Of a stretch of 35,904 nt of DNA, positions 8,784 to 17,884 are shown one piece after another. The stretch covers positions 1 through 35,904 of the IMG/VR virus record IMGVR_UViG_3300032250_000105; one strand, written 5' to 3'. Each line of letters opens with the position of its first letter. Positions within the stretch are counted from its first letter, which is position 1. The translations under genes and the position numbers were made by a program. The notes under the pieces are model-generated. The model did not search any database and had not been told where the DNA came from. It saw only the letters and a list, made by a program, of their open reading frames with translations. Origin of the DNA: a virus (Duplodnaviria; Caudoviricetes).

Positions 8784-9572
8784 ATGCAAAAAACGGACGT
8801 AGAATTACTAGCCGAAGCTAACATAATTAAGAACGAAACCAACGCGGGCGCCAATACGGCTACTCGTGTAGGTGTTATGTTGGTAGATATGATAGACAGT
8901 AAAGCAAATAACGCCAATGCGGGCGCTCAAAACTTGGACGGGGTATTATTAGCGGGTAACATATCTAGCCAAAACATACAGTTAAGAAATAGCCTTACCG
9001 CGCCAACTATTGAAAACGAAATAGCGCCTAACTATGTGTATATGTACGACGACCAAAGCGGCGAGGCTGAGTTATCCCCTAATCAAAATTATATCTATCA
9101 ATATGTAAGCGGGCAAGACGTTTACGTATATAGCACAATTAATGGCGGTAACCCATATACAGAAATTAAAGGCGTATCGGGCGAATTTGTAAGAGTAACA
9201 CACAACTATATAAATTTTAACGATACGTGTAGCTTATATTTTCCAAACAATAGCGGCGTAATTAAAACAGAGGAAACCACTAACAATATAGATACTACCA
9301 CGCAAGACGTACAAGTAAACGGCAATACGATTAACGAAGTAACGGCAGCGGGTGCTTTTAATTTGATATTTCCCGACCCAAGTTTAAACAATAACCAAAG
9401 AATAACAATAGTAAATACCGATATAGTAAACCCCGTATTATTTGACGATACTAATACCTTTGCCCCTTATTGGTTAGGCTCACAAAACAAAATGACGGTT
9501 TTAGGCGCGGCGCAAATGTTAGTATTAACAAGCGTTAACGGTAAGTGGCGCGGTGGTTTAATGTACGATTAA
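8784..9572 (+). CDS. Putative structural, fibre-like protein
   Basis: Asn/Thr-rich and beta-rich; N-terminal IKNETNAGANTATRVG; AQNLDGVLLAGN motif related to one in the 803-aa protein. Confidence 0.55.
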   Translation: MQKTDVELLAEANIIKNETNAGANTATRVGVMLVDMIDSKANNANAGAQNLDGVLLAGNISSQNIQLRNSLTAPTIENEIAPNYVYMYDDQSGEAELSPNQNYIYQYVSGQDVYVYSTINGGNPYTEIKGVSGEFVRVTHNYINFNDTCSLYFPNNSGVIKTEETTNNIDTTTQDVQVNGNTINEVTAAGAFNLIFPDPSLNNNQRITIVNTDIVNPVLFDDTNTFAPYWLGSQNKMTVLGAAQMLVLTSVNGKWRGGLMYD

Positions 9573-9582
9573 AATAAAAACA

Positions 9583-10425
9583 ATGGCTAGAAGCGTAAAC
9601 GAAATACAACAAGAAATAATAAGCCTAGTACAAGCTACCCCCGAGTTAGCAGAGGCTAGCAGTACGTCTAAGCGTGCTATATGGCGTTTATGGACGTATG
9701 TAGTAGCGGTAACGATTAACCTATATGAGCAACTACAAGACCTTTTTAGAACGGAGGTAGAAAGTATAGTAGCTTTATCAGCACCTCAGACGCCGCAATG
9801 GGTACAAGATAGAGTATTTAAGTTTCAATACTCAGCAACCGACCCGCAAGTAATACAGTTAATAGACCTAGTACCACAATATCCAAACGTTAACCCCGCT
9901 TTAAGAATAGTTACTAGGTGTAGCGTTAAAACTAATTTAAGCGGTAGGGTAAATATTAAGGCAGCTAAGAGCGAGCCGCCCGCGCCATTGGATAGTCTAG
10001 AAATAGACGCCCTACAAAGTTATATAAACGTAATAGGCGTAGCGGGCATTAACTACGCAGTAGTTTCTAGCGATAGCGATAAATTGTATATAGAAGCCGA
10101 TATTTATTATATTGGTAGTTACTCGGCAGTTATCAGCGCTAACGTTATCGCCTCTATTGAAAGCTATTTAAGTACTTTACCTTTTGACGGCTCTATGAAG
10201 TTACTAGATTTAGAGATAGCTATTAGGAATACAGTAGGAGTTAACGACGTGTTTTTTAAGAATGTAAAAGCGCGTAAAGATAGCACGCCTTTAAGCGGTG
10301 CAAGTGCATTGGTTTTGAATAATACCGTAATATCTAGGCAATGGCCAACGGTTAGCGGTTACATTGTCGGCGAAACTACTAGCGGTAGTACGTTGGCAGA
10401 TACATTAAACTTTATAGCTGAGTAA
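9583..10425 (+). CDS. Baseplate J-like wedge protein
   Basis: MARSVNEIQQEI, STSKRAIWRLW and IESYLSTLPFDG motifs typical of Bacteroidota myovirus baseplate proteins. Confidence 0.72.
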   Translation: MARSVNEIQQEIISLVQATPELAEASSTSKRAIWRLWTYVVAVTINLYEQLQDLFRTEVESIVALSAPQTPQWVQDRVFKFQYSATDPQVIQLIDLVPQYPNVNPALRIVTRCSVKTNLSGRVNIKAAKSEPPAPLDSLEIDALQSYINVIGVAGINYAVVSSDSDKLYIEADIYYIGSYSAVISANVIASIESYLSTLPFDGSMKLLDLEIAIRNTVGVNDVFFKNVKARKDSTPLSGASALVLNNTVISRQWPTVSGYIVGETTSGSTLADTLNFIAE

Positions 10426-11096
10426 TGAGTATTTTTACATTTAACTATATACAAAAAGTTGTAGAACTATTACCGCCCGATAAACGCGGGCCTAAAATGG
10501 TTAATTGGCTTATAGACCTATTAGGGCCTATGGGCGTAAACTATAACGATTTATTTGTAGACTATAAGACGGGCAGCGAATACGATTTATACGACAGTTT
10601 AACTACTTACAATACGGGCGACCGCGTACAATACGGGCAAAGCGTTTACGAAAGTATTATAGATAGCAACACCTTAAACCCTACCGACGTGGCGGGGTGG
10701 CGTTTATACGAAGAGTATTTTATAGGTGTAGACGAGCGTATAATGTACAACCATATTAAAGTAGTGCTAGAGTACGCATTAAATAAAAGGTTTGGTACTA
10801 CGTTTAGGCAGCCTAATTTAATTAGCGATATTTACATAGAAACCAACCAACCGCCCTACGGGCCTTTTATAGTTGGCGCGATAGAGGACGAAAGTAGCGT
10901 AGTGTATTTAGATACTAGTAGCGATTGGGTAATAAACGGCTATAGCTTTGCTATATTCAATAACTTTACGATATACGTACCTTTGGCAGTATATGAGGCG
11001 CAAAGCGCAGATATTAACGCTAGAGAGCCTATATTTAGGTACTTTATTGATAAATACAATACGGCGGGTTTAAATTATAACATAGTAACTTACTAA
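10425..11096 (+). CDS. Baseplate I-like protein with an aromatic CBM-like insert
   Basis: Follows the J-like gene; LLPP, LEYALNKRF and C-terminal KYNTAGLNYNI motifs. Confidence 0.65.
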   Translation: MSIFTFNYIQKVVELLPPDKRGPKMVNWLIDLLGPMGVNYNDLFVDYKTGSEYDLYDSLTTYNTGDRVQYGQSVYESIIDSNTLNPTDVAGWRLYEEYFIGVDERIMYNHIKVVLEYALNKRFGTTFRQPNLISDIYIETNQPPYGPFIVGAIEDESSVVYLDTSSDWVINGYSFAIFNNFTIYVPLAVYEAQSADINAREPIFRYFIDKYNTAGLNYNIVTY

Positions 11097-11120
11097 TAAC
11101 TTACTAATAAATACTAATAA
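11089..11120 (+). repeat. Triple tandem repeat with core TACTAATAA
   Basis: cttactaataa-cttactaataa-atactaataa spans the stop of one gene up to the ATG of the next. Confidence 0.85.
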
Positions 11121-11939
11121 ATGAAAAAAATAATTACAAGCGATATTAGTACGGGTATAGGTATGCCGATAAAATCGGGTACTTTAGACCATTTACAAAG
11201 CGCATATAAAGAGGCTTTAGATTTTGTAACTAGAAACCTAATAGGCAATTACGACGCAAATAAAGTGTATATAATTAGCGGCTGCGTATTATACCTAGAC
11301 GGCGCAGTAACAAAAGTAACCGAGGGGGCTATGTTTTATGGCGGTGAAATATACCTAGTAGATAATTCAAGTATAGGTATAGCGCCTTTTAATTACCCAA
11401 TATGTAATATATCTACTACGTTTTTTTCGGGTACTAATGCCGACCCCGTTAATTTTACCGACGGTATAGATAGAAACGTACACGAGATTAAAAAAATAAC
11501 ATTAGCTAACGGTACTAGCGGTAGTGGGTTAATTGATTTTGTAGACTGTACGCGCCTAGATTGGCAAACAAAATACGACGCGGGCGTAGTATCAGTAACG
11601 ACGGGTACGGCTACTATTACCTCTTGTAGACTAAGATATAAAAAGCAAGGCGATAGCGTTATTATAAACTATAAAGTAAATTTAGACGTAATTTCCTACG
11701 ATAGCAGCATATTAGAGTTAGCTATATTATTGCCTATTCTAGCAGATATACAAAACACGGGCTTTAATATGTACAATAGCGGTACATTTATTAATACTAC
11801 TAATACAAGATATGGTAGCTTTTGCGAGGTAAGATATATTAACGCATTTATAGACCCGCAATTAATTGTAAATGTAAATAATAGCGAGTTAGGTAATTGC
11901 GTTATAGCGGGGCAAATAATTTACCCAACAAAAGCCTAA
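11121..11939 (+). CDS. Baseplate-attached tail fibre-like protein
   Basis: Position after J and I; GMP...TLDHLQSAY and IISGC...EGAMFYGGEIY N-terminal pattern; beta-rich C-terminus. Confidence 0.6.
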   Translation: MKKIITSDISTGIGMPIKSGTLDHLQSAYKEALDFVTRNLIGNYDANKVYIISGCVLYLDGAVTKVTEGAMFYGGEIYLVDNSSIGIAPFNYPICNISTTFFSGTNADPVNFTDGIDRNVHEIKKITLANGTSGSGLIDFVDCTRLDWQTKYDAGVVSVTTGTATITSCRLRYKKQGDSVIINYKVNLDVISYDSSILELAILLPILADIQNTGFNMYNSGTFINTTNTRYGSFCEVRYINAFIDPQLIVNVNNSELGNCVIAGQIIYPTKA

Positions 11940-11948
11940 TATGAAAAT

Positions 11949-12143
11949 ATGCCTAAAAAACGATTACACCCTAACAAGGTATGCGGCTACTTAAAGCCAA
12001 AAAACGAGGCCCTATTTAAGGGTTACATAGCCGTTAACGAGTTAGGGGTAAGCGAGGGTATCAACATTATTTTAAAAGACTTTTTTAGCAGATTACCCGA
12101 AAACGAGAAAGTAAAATATTTGAATAAAAAAAATAAAAGTTAA
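11949..12143 (+). CDS. Small basic protein, possibly DNA-binding
   Basis: 64 aa and Lys-rich, with a strand-helix-helix-like pattern (SEGINIILKDFF). Confidence 0.55.
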   Translation: MPKKRLHPNKVCGYLKPKNEALFKGYIAVNELGVSEGINIILKDFFSRLPENEKVKYLNKKNKS

Positions 12144-12183
12144 TAAGTGTACCCCACACCAAAAAAGCTATAACATTTAAAAC

Positions 12184-12191
12184 TATTTTTG
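12184..12191 (+). promoter_or_regulatory. Bacteroidota -7 promoter element (TATTTTTG)
   Basis: Matches TAnnTTTG and ends 5 nt before the protease GTG; no -33 TTTG at 19-nt spacing. Confidence 0.45.
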
Positions 12192-12196
12192 ATAAA

Positions 12197-13291
12197 GTGA
12201 ATTTCATTTATACCATAGACGTAGAGAGCGACGAGCCAATAATGCTTATTAATAAGCACATAGGTTTTGATAGCGACGAGGGCCAAGGCGTAGACGGCTC
12301 GTTATTCCAAGAGGAGTTACTACGACTAGACGCAATGGGTAAAAAGCGTATACAAGTTTGGATAAATAGCGCGGGTGGTGTGGTAATGGACGGCTACAAT
12401 ATCTACAACGCTATTCTAAAATCTAAGACTAAGGTAGACACTTATTGCGTAGGTATAGCCGCTAGTATTGCTGCGGTAATATTTCAAGCGGGGCGTAAAA
12501 GAGTAATGGCAGATTATAGCCTATTAATGTACCATAACCCATACGGTGGCGATAGCGTAGAACTTAAAAAAATGCGCGAGAGTATCGCGGTTATGATTAG
12601 CAGCAGAACTAACACTAGTTTAGACGAGGTATTAAAAATTATGGATAGGACGACGTGGATAACGGCAAGCGAGGCGCTTATAAATGGTTTTGCTGACGAG
12701 GTAGAGGCTAGTAAAGATAATAACCTAAAGCACGGCAACGCTAAAGCAATGTGGGAAAGCGGTAAAGTAATTGCAAACAGTATTTTAAAACCAAAAATAG
12801 AAAACAAAATGAACAAAGTAGCTAATAAACTTGGCTTAAACGCCGAGGCTAACGAAGAGGCTATTTTAGCGTCTATTACGTCTATCGTAAACAAAAGCGA
12901 AGATATGGAGGCTAAATACTCTAAAATGGAGGACGAATTAAAAAAGGCGCAAGAAAAATGCGACGAATTAGAAAACAAAATGGCCGAAGCTAAAAAAGCT
13001 ATGGACGAGGCAGAAGCTAAGAAAGCAGAAGCCGAGGCAGAAGCTAAGAAAAGCGAGGCTAAAAATATGGTAGAAAACTTTGTTAAAGTTGGTAAGATTA
13101 AAAACGAAAGCGCTGAAAAATGGGTAGCAAAAGCTATCGTAGATTTTGACGGCGTTAAAAACTTGTTAGAAGAGTTACCAACAAACGGCAAGGCTACAAC
13201 TATTGCAACTAGTGAAAGTAAAAACGATAGTGAATTAACTATGGTAGCCGCTAAAGCAATGGCAGAAGTACGTAACAGATTAAAAATTTAA
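12197..13291 (+). CDS. ClpP-like head maturation protease fused to a coiled-coil scaffold
   Basis: INSAGG, GIAASIAAVIFQAG, LMYHNP and TWITASEALINGFAD ClpP motifs; Glu/Lys/Ala-rich C-terminal half; GTG start. Confidence 0.9.
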   Translation: MNFIYTIDVESDEPIMLINKHIGFDSDEGQGVDGSLFQEELLRLDAMGKKRIQVWINSAGGVVMDGYNIYNAILKSKTKVDTYCVGIAASIAAVIFQAGRKRVMADYSLLMYHNPYGGDSVELKKMRESIAVMISSRTNTSLDEVLKIMDRTTWITASEALINGFADEVEASKDNNLKHGNAKAMWESGKVIANSILKPKIENKMNKVANKLGLNAEANEEAILASITSIVNKSEDMEAKYSKMEDELKKAQEKCDELENKMAEAKKAMDEAEAKKAEAEAEAKKSEAKNMVENFVKVGKIKNESAEKWVAKAIVDFDGVKNLLEELPTNGKATTIATSESKNDSELTMVAAKAMAEVRNRLKI

Positions 13292-13314
13292 TAACCCAAT
13301 AAAAAACCAATTTT

Positions 13315-14346
13315 ATGGCAGACAGTTTAAACATTATAGATACCTCGTGGAGTGGCCCCGCCGCGTCGTATATGATTACCCGTGCAGTTATCGGCGCGGA
13401 CACTATTGAAAAGGGCTGCATTTACGTTGAGGACGGTATTAGAAAGAAAAAGACTATCCCACGTATTGAAGTATCTAACTTTATGCAAAAGCGTACGGCT
13501 ACACCAACCTCACAAGGTGCGGTAGACGTAGACGGCAGAGTATTAACGCCGCAAGATTTAATGTTGTACTACGAATTTAACCCAAGAGATTACGAGCAAC
13601 ATTTTTACGCAGAGCAGTTGCAACCTAAACTAATCGGCAGAGAGTTACCCGTAACGGCTGAAAATTTTATGATGTTGCAAACTATGAAGCGTTTGAACGA
13701 ATTTTTTGAAAATGCTATTTGGCGCTCACGTATTGAGTACGACCCCGCGGGCGATAACGTAGACCCTACAACTAAGGGCGATACGGCTAGCGCGGCGTCT
13801 TATTTCTACTTTGACGGTTTAGTTAAAAAAGCGTTAGACGCAGCTACCGACCCTAACTATCCTACTATCGTAGTAACTAGCCCCGCTACACTTGTTGCGG
13901 GAACTGCGGGCGCGGGTCAAGAAAACATAGGCGCGGCTTTCCAACGTTGTTTATTAAAAGTACCTAAAGCCTTGTTATTTAGATACGGCGCAGCGGGTTT
14001 AAAATTCCACGTATCGTACGCTACTAAATTAGTTTACGAAGAGTGGCTAACTACTACTGCAACGTTTAAGAATAATAACTTTACTGAGCAAGGGCAAAAC
14101 TTTTACAAAGGTTACACAGTAGCACCGTTAGCGGGTATGCCCGATAACACTATTATTGTAGCATTGTCTAAGCCCGACATCGATAGTAACCTTTGGTTAG
14201 GTATCAATAGCACAGAGGACAACCAACTACAGTTAATGCGCTTGCAAAACAATAGCGAATTGTTTTTTGTAAAAGGTTTGTTTAAAATGGACACGCAAAT
14301 AGGTTTCGCAGACCAACTAGTAGTATATACCACTCTCACGGCTTAA
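13315..14346 (+). CDS. Major capsid protein
   Basis: 343 aa directly after the protease/scaffold and followed by a strong terminator; FDGLVK motif. Confidence 0.8.
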   Translation: MADSLNIIDTSWSGPAASYMITRAVIGADTIEKGCIYVEDGIRKKKTIPRIEVSNFMQKRTATPTSQGAVDVDGRVLTPQDLMLYYEFNPRDYEQHFYAEQLQPKLIGRELPVTAENFMMLQTMKRLNEFFENAIWRSRIEYDPAGDNVDPTTKGDTASAASYFYFDGLVKKALDAATDPNYPTIVVTSPATLVAGTAGAGQENIGAAFQRCLLKVPKALLFRYGAAGLKFHVSYATKLVYEEWLTTTATFKNNNFTEQGQNFYKGYTVAPLAGMPDNTIIVALSKPDIDSNLWLGINSTEDNQLQLMRLQNNSELFFVKGLFKMDTQIGFADQLVVYTTLTA

Positions 14347-14361
14347 TTTCATATATAGGAC

Positions 14362-14388
14362 AAAAGCCCCCTACGGGGGGTTTTTTTT
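14362..14388 (+). terminator. Intrinsic terminator after the capsid gene
   Basis: AAAAGCCCCC-TACG-GGGGG-T8, with a cUACGg tetraloop. Confidence 0.92.
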
Positions 14389-14395
14389 AAACTTT

Positions 14396-15229
14396 ATGGC
14401 AAACTTTAGATTTAATAACGAGCAAGGGCAAGACGATACGGGGCGAGTAGCTACGTATATACAAAGGTTATATAATCTAAATAGTAGCAATATTGTAATT
14501 AACCCCAATGGGTACGTAAATACTTATTTACTTAGTGGTACACAAACCCAAACGAGCGTAACTGTTAATATAGCACCTAATAATAAACCTAATATAGGCG
14601 ATTATTTAGAGTTGATTATAGCGCCTAATACTGACGGCTTAACGCTAGATTTTGGTACGGGCTTTTTAAATGCTAGCCAAATAGTAGTAGCAGCGGGAGA
14701 AAGACAAATAGCTAATTTTCAGTACGACGGCACAGATTGGGTAAACGTATTAGCGACTAGTGGAGGCGGTGGCGGCGGTGCAGTAAACACAGTAAATAAC
14801 ATAGCCCCCGTCAGCGGTAACGTAGATTTAGGTACAATAGTAAATAGCGTAAATGGCCAAAGCGGCGCTATAACAATAGCAGCACCCCCGCAAGTATACA
14901 TAGGTTTACTAGGCGCGGGCGCACCTAACGGAAACGTACAAGTATTAAAAAATACTATTTCGGGGTGTACTATGACAGTAAGTAAAATTGGCGTAGGTCG
15001 GTATCGTTTAACCTCAAACATTAGGCTATATTTTGATAGTGTAGCCTCTAATATTTCTGTAAGTTATCCTAGCGTTATTAGTAGTAGTCAAGCAATACCT
15101 AATCTAAATTACGTAATAATGGGGCCAAGCGGAGAAAATTATAGCTTTGATTTTAATGTATATAATAACCTTACTAGTGCGTTTAACGACGATTGGACTA
15201 CGATACGTTTTAAAATAGAAGTATATTAA
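14396..15229 (+). CDS. Putative head decoration or fibre protein
   Basis: Two beta-rich domains joined by a Gly linker and VNTVNN/VNSVNGQSG fibre-type repeats. Confidence 0.55.
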   Translation: MANFRFNNEQGQDDTGRVATYIQRLYNLNSSNIVINPNGYVNTYLLSGTQTQTSVTVNIAPNNKPNIGDYLELIIAPNTDGLTLDFGTGFLNASQIVVAAGERQIANFQYDGTDWVNVLATSGGGGGGAVNTVNNIAPVSGNVDLGTIVNSVNGQSGAITIAAPPQVYIGLLGAGAPNGNVQVLKNTISGCTMTVSKIGVGRYRLTSNIRLYFDSVASNISVSYPSVISSSQAIPNLNYVIMGPSGENYSFDFNVYNNLTSAFNDDWTTIRFKIEVY

Positions 15230-15230
15230 T

Positions 15231-15416
15231 ATGATAAACGAAATAAAAGAAAAATACAAAAACTTACCCCACATTAAGACGGTTTGGGTTATTGGTAATG
15301 ATATTTGGATAACGCCCGTTAGCGGTGGTACTAAAGTAGATTTAACCAAGAGCGAAGAGCCAATTAATGAAGAGGTAAACGAAACCCCAATTAATAAAAA
15401 ATCTAAAAAGAAATAA
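15231..15416 (+). CDS. Small hypothetical protein
   Basis: 61-aa ORF tightly packed between neighbours, with a basic tail. Confidence 0.65.
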   Translation: MINEIKEKYKNLPHIKTVWVIGNDIWITPVSGGTKVDLTKSEEPINEEVNETPINKKSKKK

Positions 15417-15417
15417 A

Positions 15418-16926
15418 ATGGCATTAAATGACATTATTTTTATAAAAGGCCAAGGCGGGTTAGGCCGACCATTAGAGGGCGAAGATTATATAAGCGGCTT
15501 ACAAATTTATACTTCTAGCGTGCCTATGATTGCTACGCCCGTATTTTTGGGTAGTTTAGCAGACGCCGAAAAATTAGGAATTACTAACGATTATAGCGAC
15601 GCAGTATCCGAAGTTGATTTATTTATAGTAGACGCAATAGGCGCAGACGGCGACACCTCAACTATTACAGTATCAACTATAGACAGTTTAGGCTTACCCG
15701 TTACTTATACTTTGGCTACCTATACACAAGTTAGCGGCGATAATACTCCGTCTTTAGTAGCCTCGGCTATTGCTAGCTTAATTAACGATAGCAGCTATAC
15801 AACGGGTTACACCGCAGAGGCAGACGGCGACGGCGTTTTAATTTCGTCCCCTAAAAGATTAGGTTTATATGGTAACAGTTTCGGGGTTAGTAATATGGGT
15901 AGTATTATTGTAGTTTTTGACGGTATAGACACCGCGGCTACATTTAGCAAAATGGCGGTATGGCATTACCATATAAGCGAGTTTTTTAGAGTACAACCTA
16001 AAGGCGAATTATATTTACATTTTTCTAATAGCACGACTTGGGATTTTAGCGAATTACAAACGCTACAAGACTTTTCGGGCGGTAAAATTAGACAAGTAGG
16101 GGTATTAGCTTACGAAAGAACATTTAGCGCGGGCGATACGTCAGCTATTCAAACTGTATGCAATACTTTAGCTAGTCAACACAAGCCAATGAGCGTTATT
16201 TTGTCTGAAAATATGATAGGTAGCGTACTTACTAACTTAGCAGATTTAAACGCATACTCTAACAATAACGTAAGCGTAATTATTGGCCAAGACGGCGCGG
16301 GCCAAGGTAACTACCTTTTTATAACTAACAGTCAGACTAATAGTATTGGAATGATTGGCGCAACACTTGGCGCGGTTTCTTTGTCTAAGGTTAGCGAAGA
16401 TATTGCGTGGGTATCTAAGTACAATATGAGTAACGGCATTGAATTAGATACTATCAACTTTGCAGACGGTACACCAATTAAAACAACGGCGCAAAACTTA
16501 CTCAATAAGCTAGATAATCAACGTTATATTTTCTTAATTAAATACGTAGGTATTGCGGGTAGCTATTTTAACGATAGCCATTGCGCGGTAACCGTAACAA
16601 GCGATTACGCGTATATTGAGAATAACAGAACGATAGACAAAGCAATAAGAGGCGTTTACTCGTCTATGCTGCCTAATCTTAATAGCCCATTGGTACTTAA
16701 CGCAGACGGCACGTTAACAGATACTACGGTAGCTTATTTTACTAGCCAAGCGTCTACTAACCTAGACCAAATGGTAAGAGATGTAGAGTTAAGCGCTTAT
16801 GGTGTAACAATAGACCCACGCCAAAACGTTTTAAGTACAAGTACTTTGGTAATTACTATTAAATTAGTACCTATCGGGGTAGCTAGAAACATTATTGTAA
16901 ACATTGGTTTCACACTTTCAATTTAA
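15418..16926 (+). CDS. Tail sheath protein (DUF2586-like)
   Basis: GQGGLGR, YHISEFFR, SYFNDSHCA and DYAYIENNRTIDKAIR motifs; precedes the tube gene. Confidence 0.88.
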   Translation: MALNDIIFIKGQGGLGRPLEGEDYISGLQIYTSSVPMIATPVFLGSLADAEKLGITNDYSDAVSEVDLFIVDAIGADGDTSTITVSTIDSLGLPVTYTLATYTQVSGDNTPSLVASAIASLINDSSYTTGYTAEADGDGVLISSPKRLGLYGNSFGVSNMGSIIVVFDGIDTAATFSKMAVWHYHISEFFRVQPKGELYLHFSNSTTWDFSELQTLQDFSGGKIRQVGVLAYERTFSAGDTSAIQTVCNTLASQHKPMSVILSENMIGSVLTNLADLNAYSNNNVSVIIGQDGAGQGNYLFITNSQTNSIGMIGATLGAVSLSKVSEDIAWVSKYNMSNGIELDTINFADGTPIKTTAQNLLNKLDNQRYIFLIKYVGIAGSYFNDSHCAVTVTSDYAYIENNRTIDKAIRGVYSSMLPNLNSPLVLNADGTLTDTTVAYFTSQASTNLDQMVRDVELSAYGVTIDPRQNVLSTSTLVITIKLVPIGVARNIIVNIGFTLSI

Positions 16927-16932
16927 TAAAAA

Positions 16933-17358
16933 ATGAGTACACCATTAATTAACGGCATTAACTACTCGTGGGCTAACGTAACCTTAAATTTGTTTGGCGT
17001 ACCCGTTGTAGGAATTACCAAGATAGAATATAAAAGAAAGCAAAAAAAAGAAAACAATTACGGCGCGGGTAGCCAACCGGTAAGCCGTGGTTATGGCAAC
17101 TACGAGTACGACGGTAGTATAGAAATTTACCTAGACGAGTGGAAACGCATAATAGCCGCAGCACCTAATAAAGACCCTTTATTAATCGCGCCTTTTGATA
17201 TTCAAGTAACGTATAGCGGTCGTGGTATTGCAGCCGAGAAAGACGTATTAAAATCGTGCGAATTTCTAGAAGATAATTTTACCGCTAACCAAGGCGATAC
17301 TAAGCTAATGGTAACCGTTCCTTTAATTATCGGTTTAATTGATAGAAGTAACGCGTAA
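16933..17358 (+). CDS. Tail tube protein
   Basis: INGINYSWAN and YGAGSQPVSRGYGNYEYDGSI motifs; follows the sheath gene. Confidence 0.85.
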   Translation: MSTPLINGINYSWANVTLNLFGVPVVGITKIEYKRKQKKENNYGAGSQPVSRGYGNYEYDGSIEIYLDEWKRIIAAAPNKDPLLIAPFDIQVTYSGRGIAAEKDVLKSCEFLEDNFTANQGDTKLMVTVPLIIGLIDRSNA

Positions 17359-17363
17359 TTATT

Positions 17364-17371
17364 TATATTTG
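17364..17371 (+). promoter_or_regulatory. Bacteroidota -7 promoter element (TATATTTG)
   Basis: Consensus match in the short gap before the chaperone gene; no -33 element. Confidence 0.4.
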
Positions 17372-17387
17372 TTGTAAATTTATTTTT

Positions 17388-17720
17388 ATGACAAACGAAG
17401 AAATACAAGAGAAAGCGGGCGAACTTGCGCAGCGTGAAAACTGCAAAGTACACCCGCTTATTTTTATGGCCGCCGAAAACGACAACGTTATAGGTTTTAT
17501 AAAAGAGCCGCCACGCCACGTTAAGTTACGCGTAATGGATAAAGGGCTAACAAGCCCCGCAACCGCCGCCGCTGAGGTAGTAGACGCGTACATAATTAAA
17601 GACGCTAGCGACCCTAGGATATGGGACGAAAACCCCGAAAACGATAAATATTACCTAGGTGCTACTATGGAGGCGTACAATATGATTAATATGGCCGTTA
17701 ATCAGTTTAAAAAAAAATAG
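17388..17720 (+). CDS. Tail assembly chaperone (G-like)
   Basis: Lies between tube and tape measure; ends TTT AAA AAA AAA TAG. Confidence 0.8.
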   Translation: MTNEEIQEKAGELAQRENCKVHPLIFMAAENDNVIGFIKEPPRHVKLRVMDKGLTSPATAAAEVVDAYIIKDASDPRIWDENPENDKYYLGATMEAYNMINMAVNQFKKK

Positions 17721-17884
17721 AAGAGGCGACGCTAGAAGATTATAGCGAAGATATTTTACAATGGGGGGCATTAATTCAATACTATTTTAAAGTAGACCCC
17801 GACGACTTAGACGACGATAGACTAGCTATTTATATAGGGCGATTACAGTACGCATTAAAAAAGACCCAACAATGGCAAACGTAA
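17717..17884 (+). CDS. -1 frameshift extension of the tail chaperone (GT-like product)
   Basis: ATG-less open -1 frame IEEATLEDYSEDILQWGALIQYYFKVDPDDLDDDRLAIYIGRLQYALKKTQQWQT begins at the A9 run (17709-17717). Confidence 0.78.
   Translation: MEEATLEDYSEDILQWGALIQYYFKVDPDDLDDDRLAIYIGRLQYALKKTQQWQT

Noticed and set aside
13006-13060. Direct repeat GAGGCAGAAGCTAAGAAA in the scaffold region
   Set aside because: An in-frame duplication encoding the EAEAKK coiled coil, ordinary for scaffold proteins.
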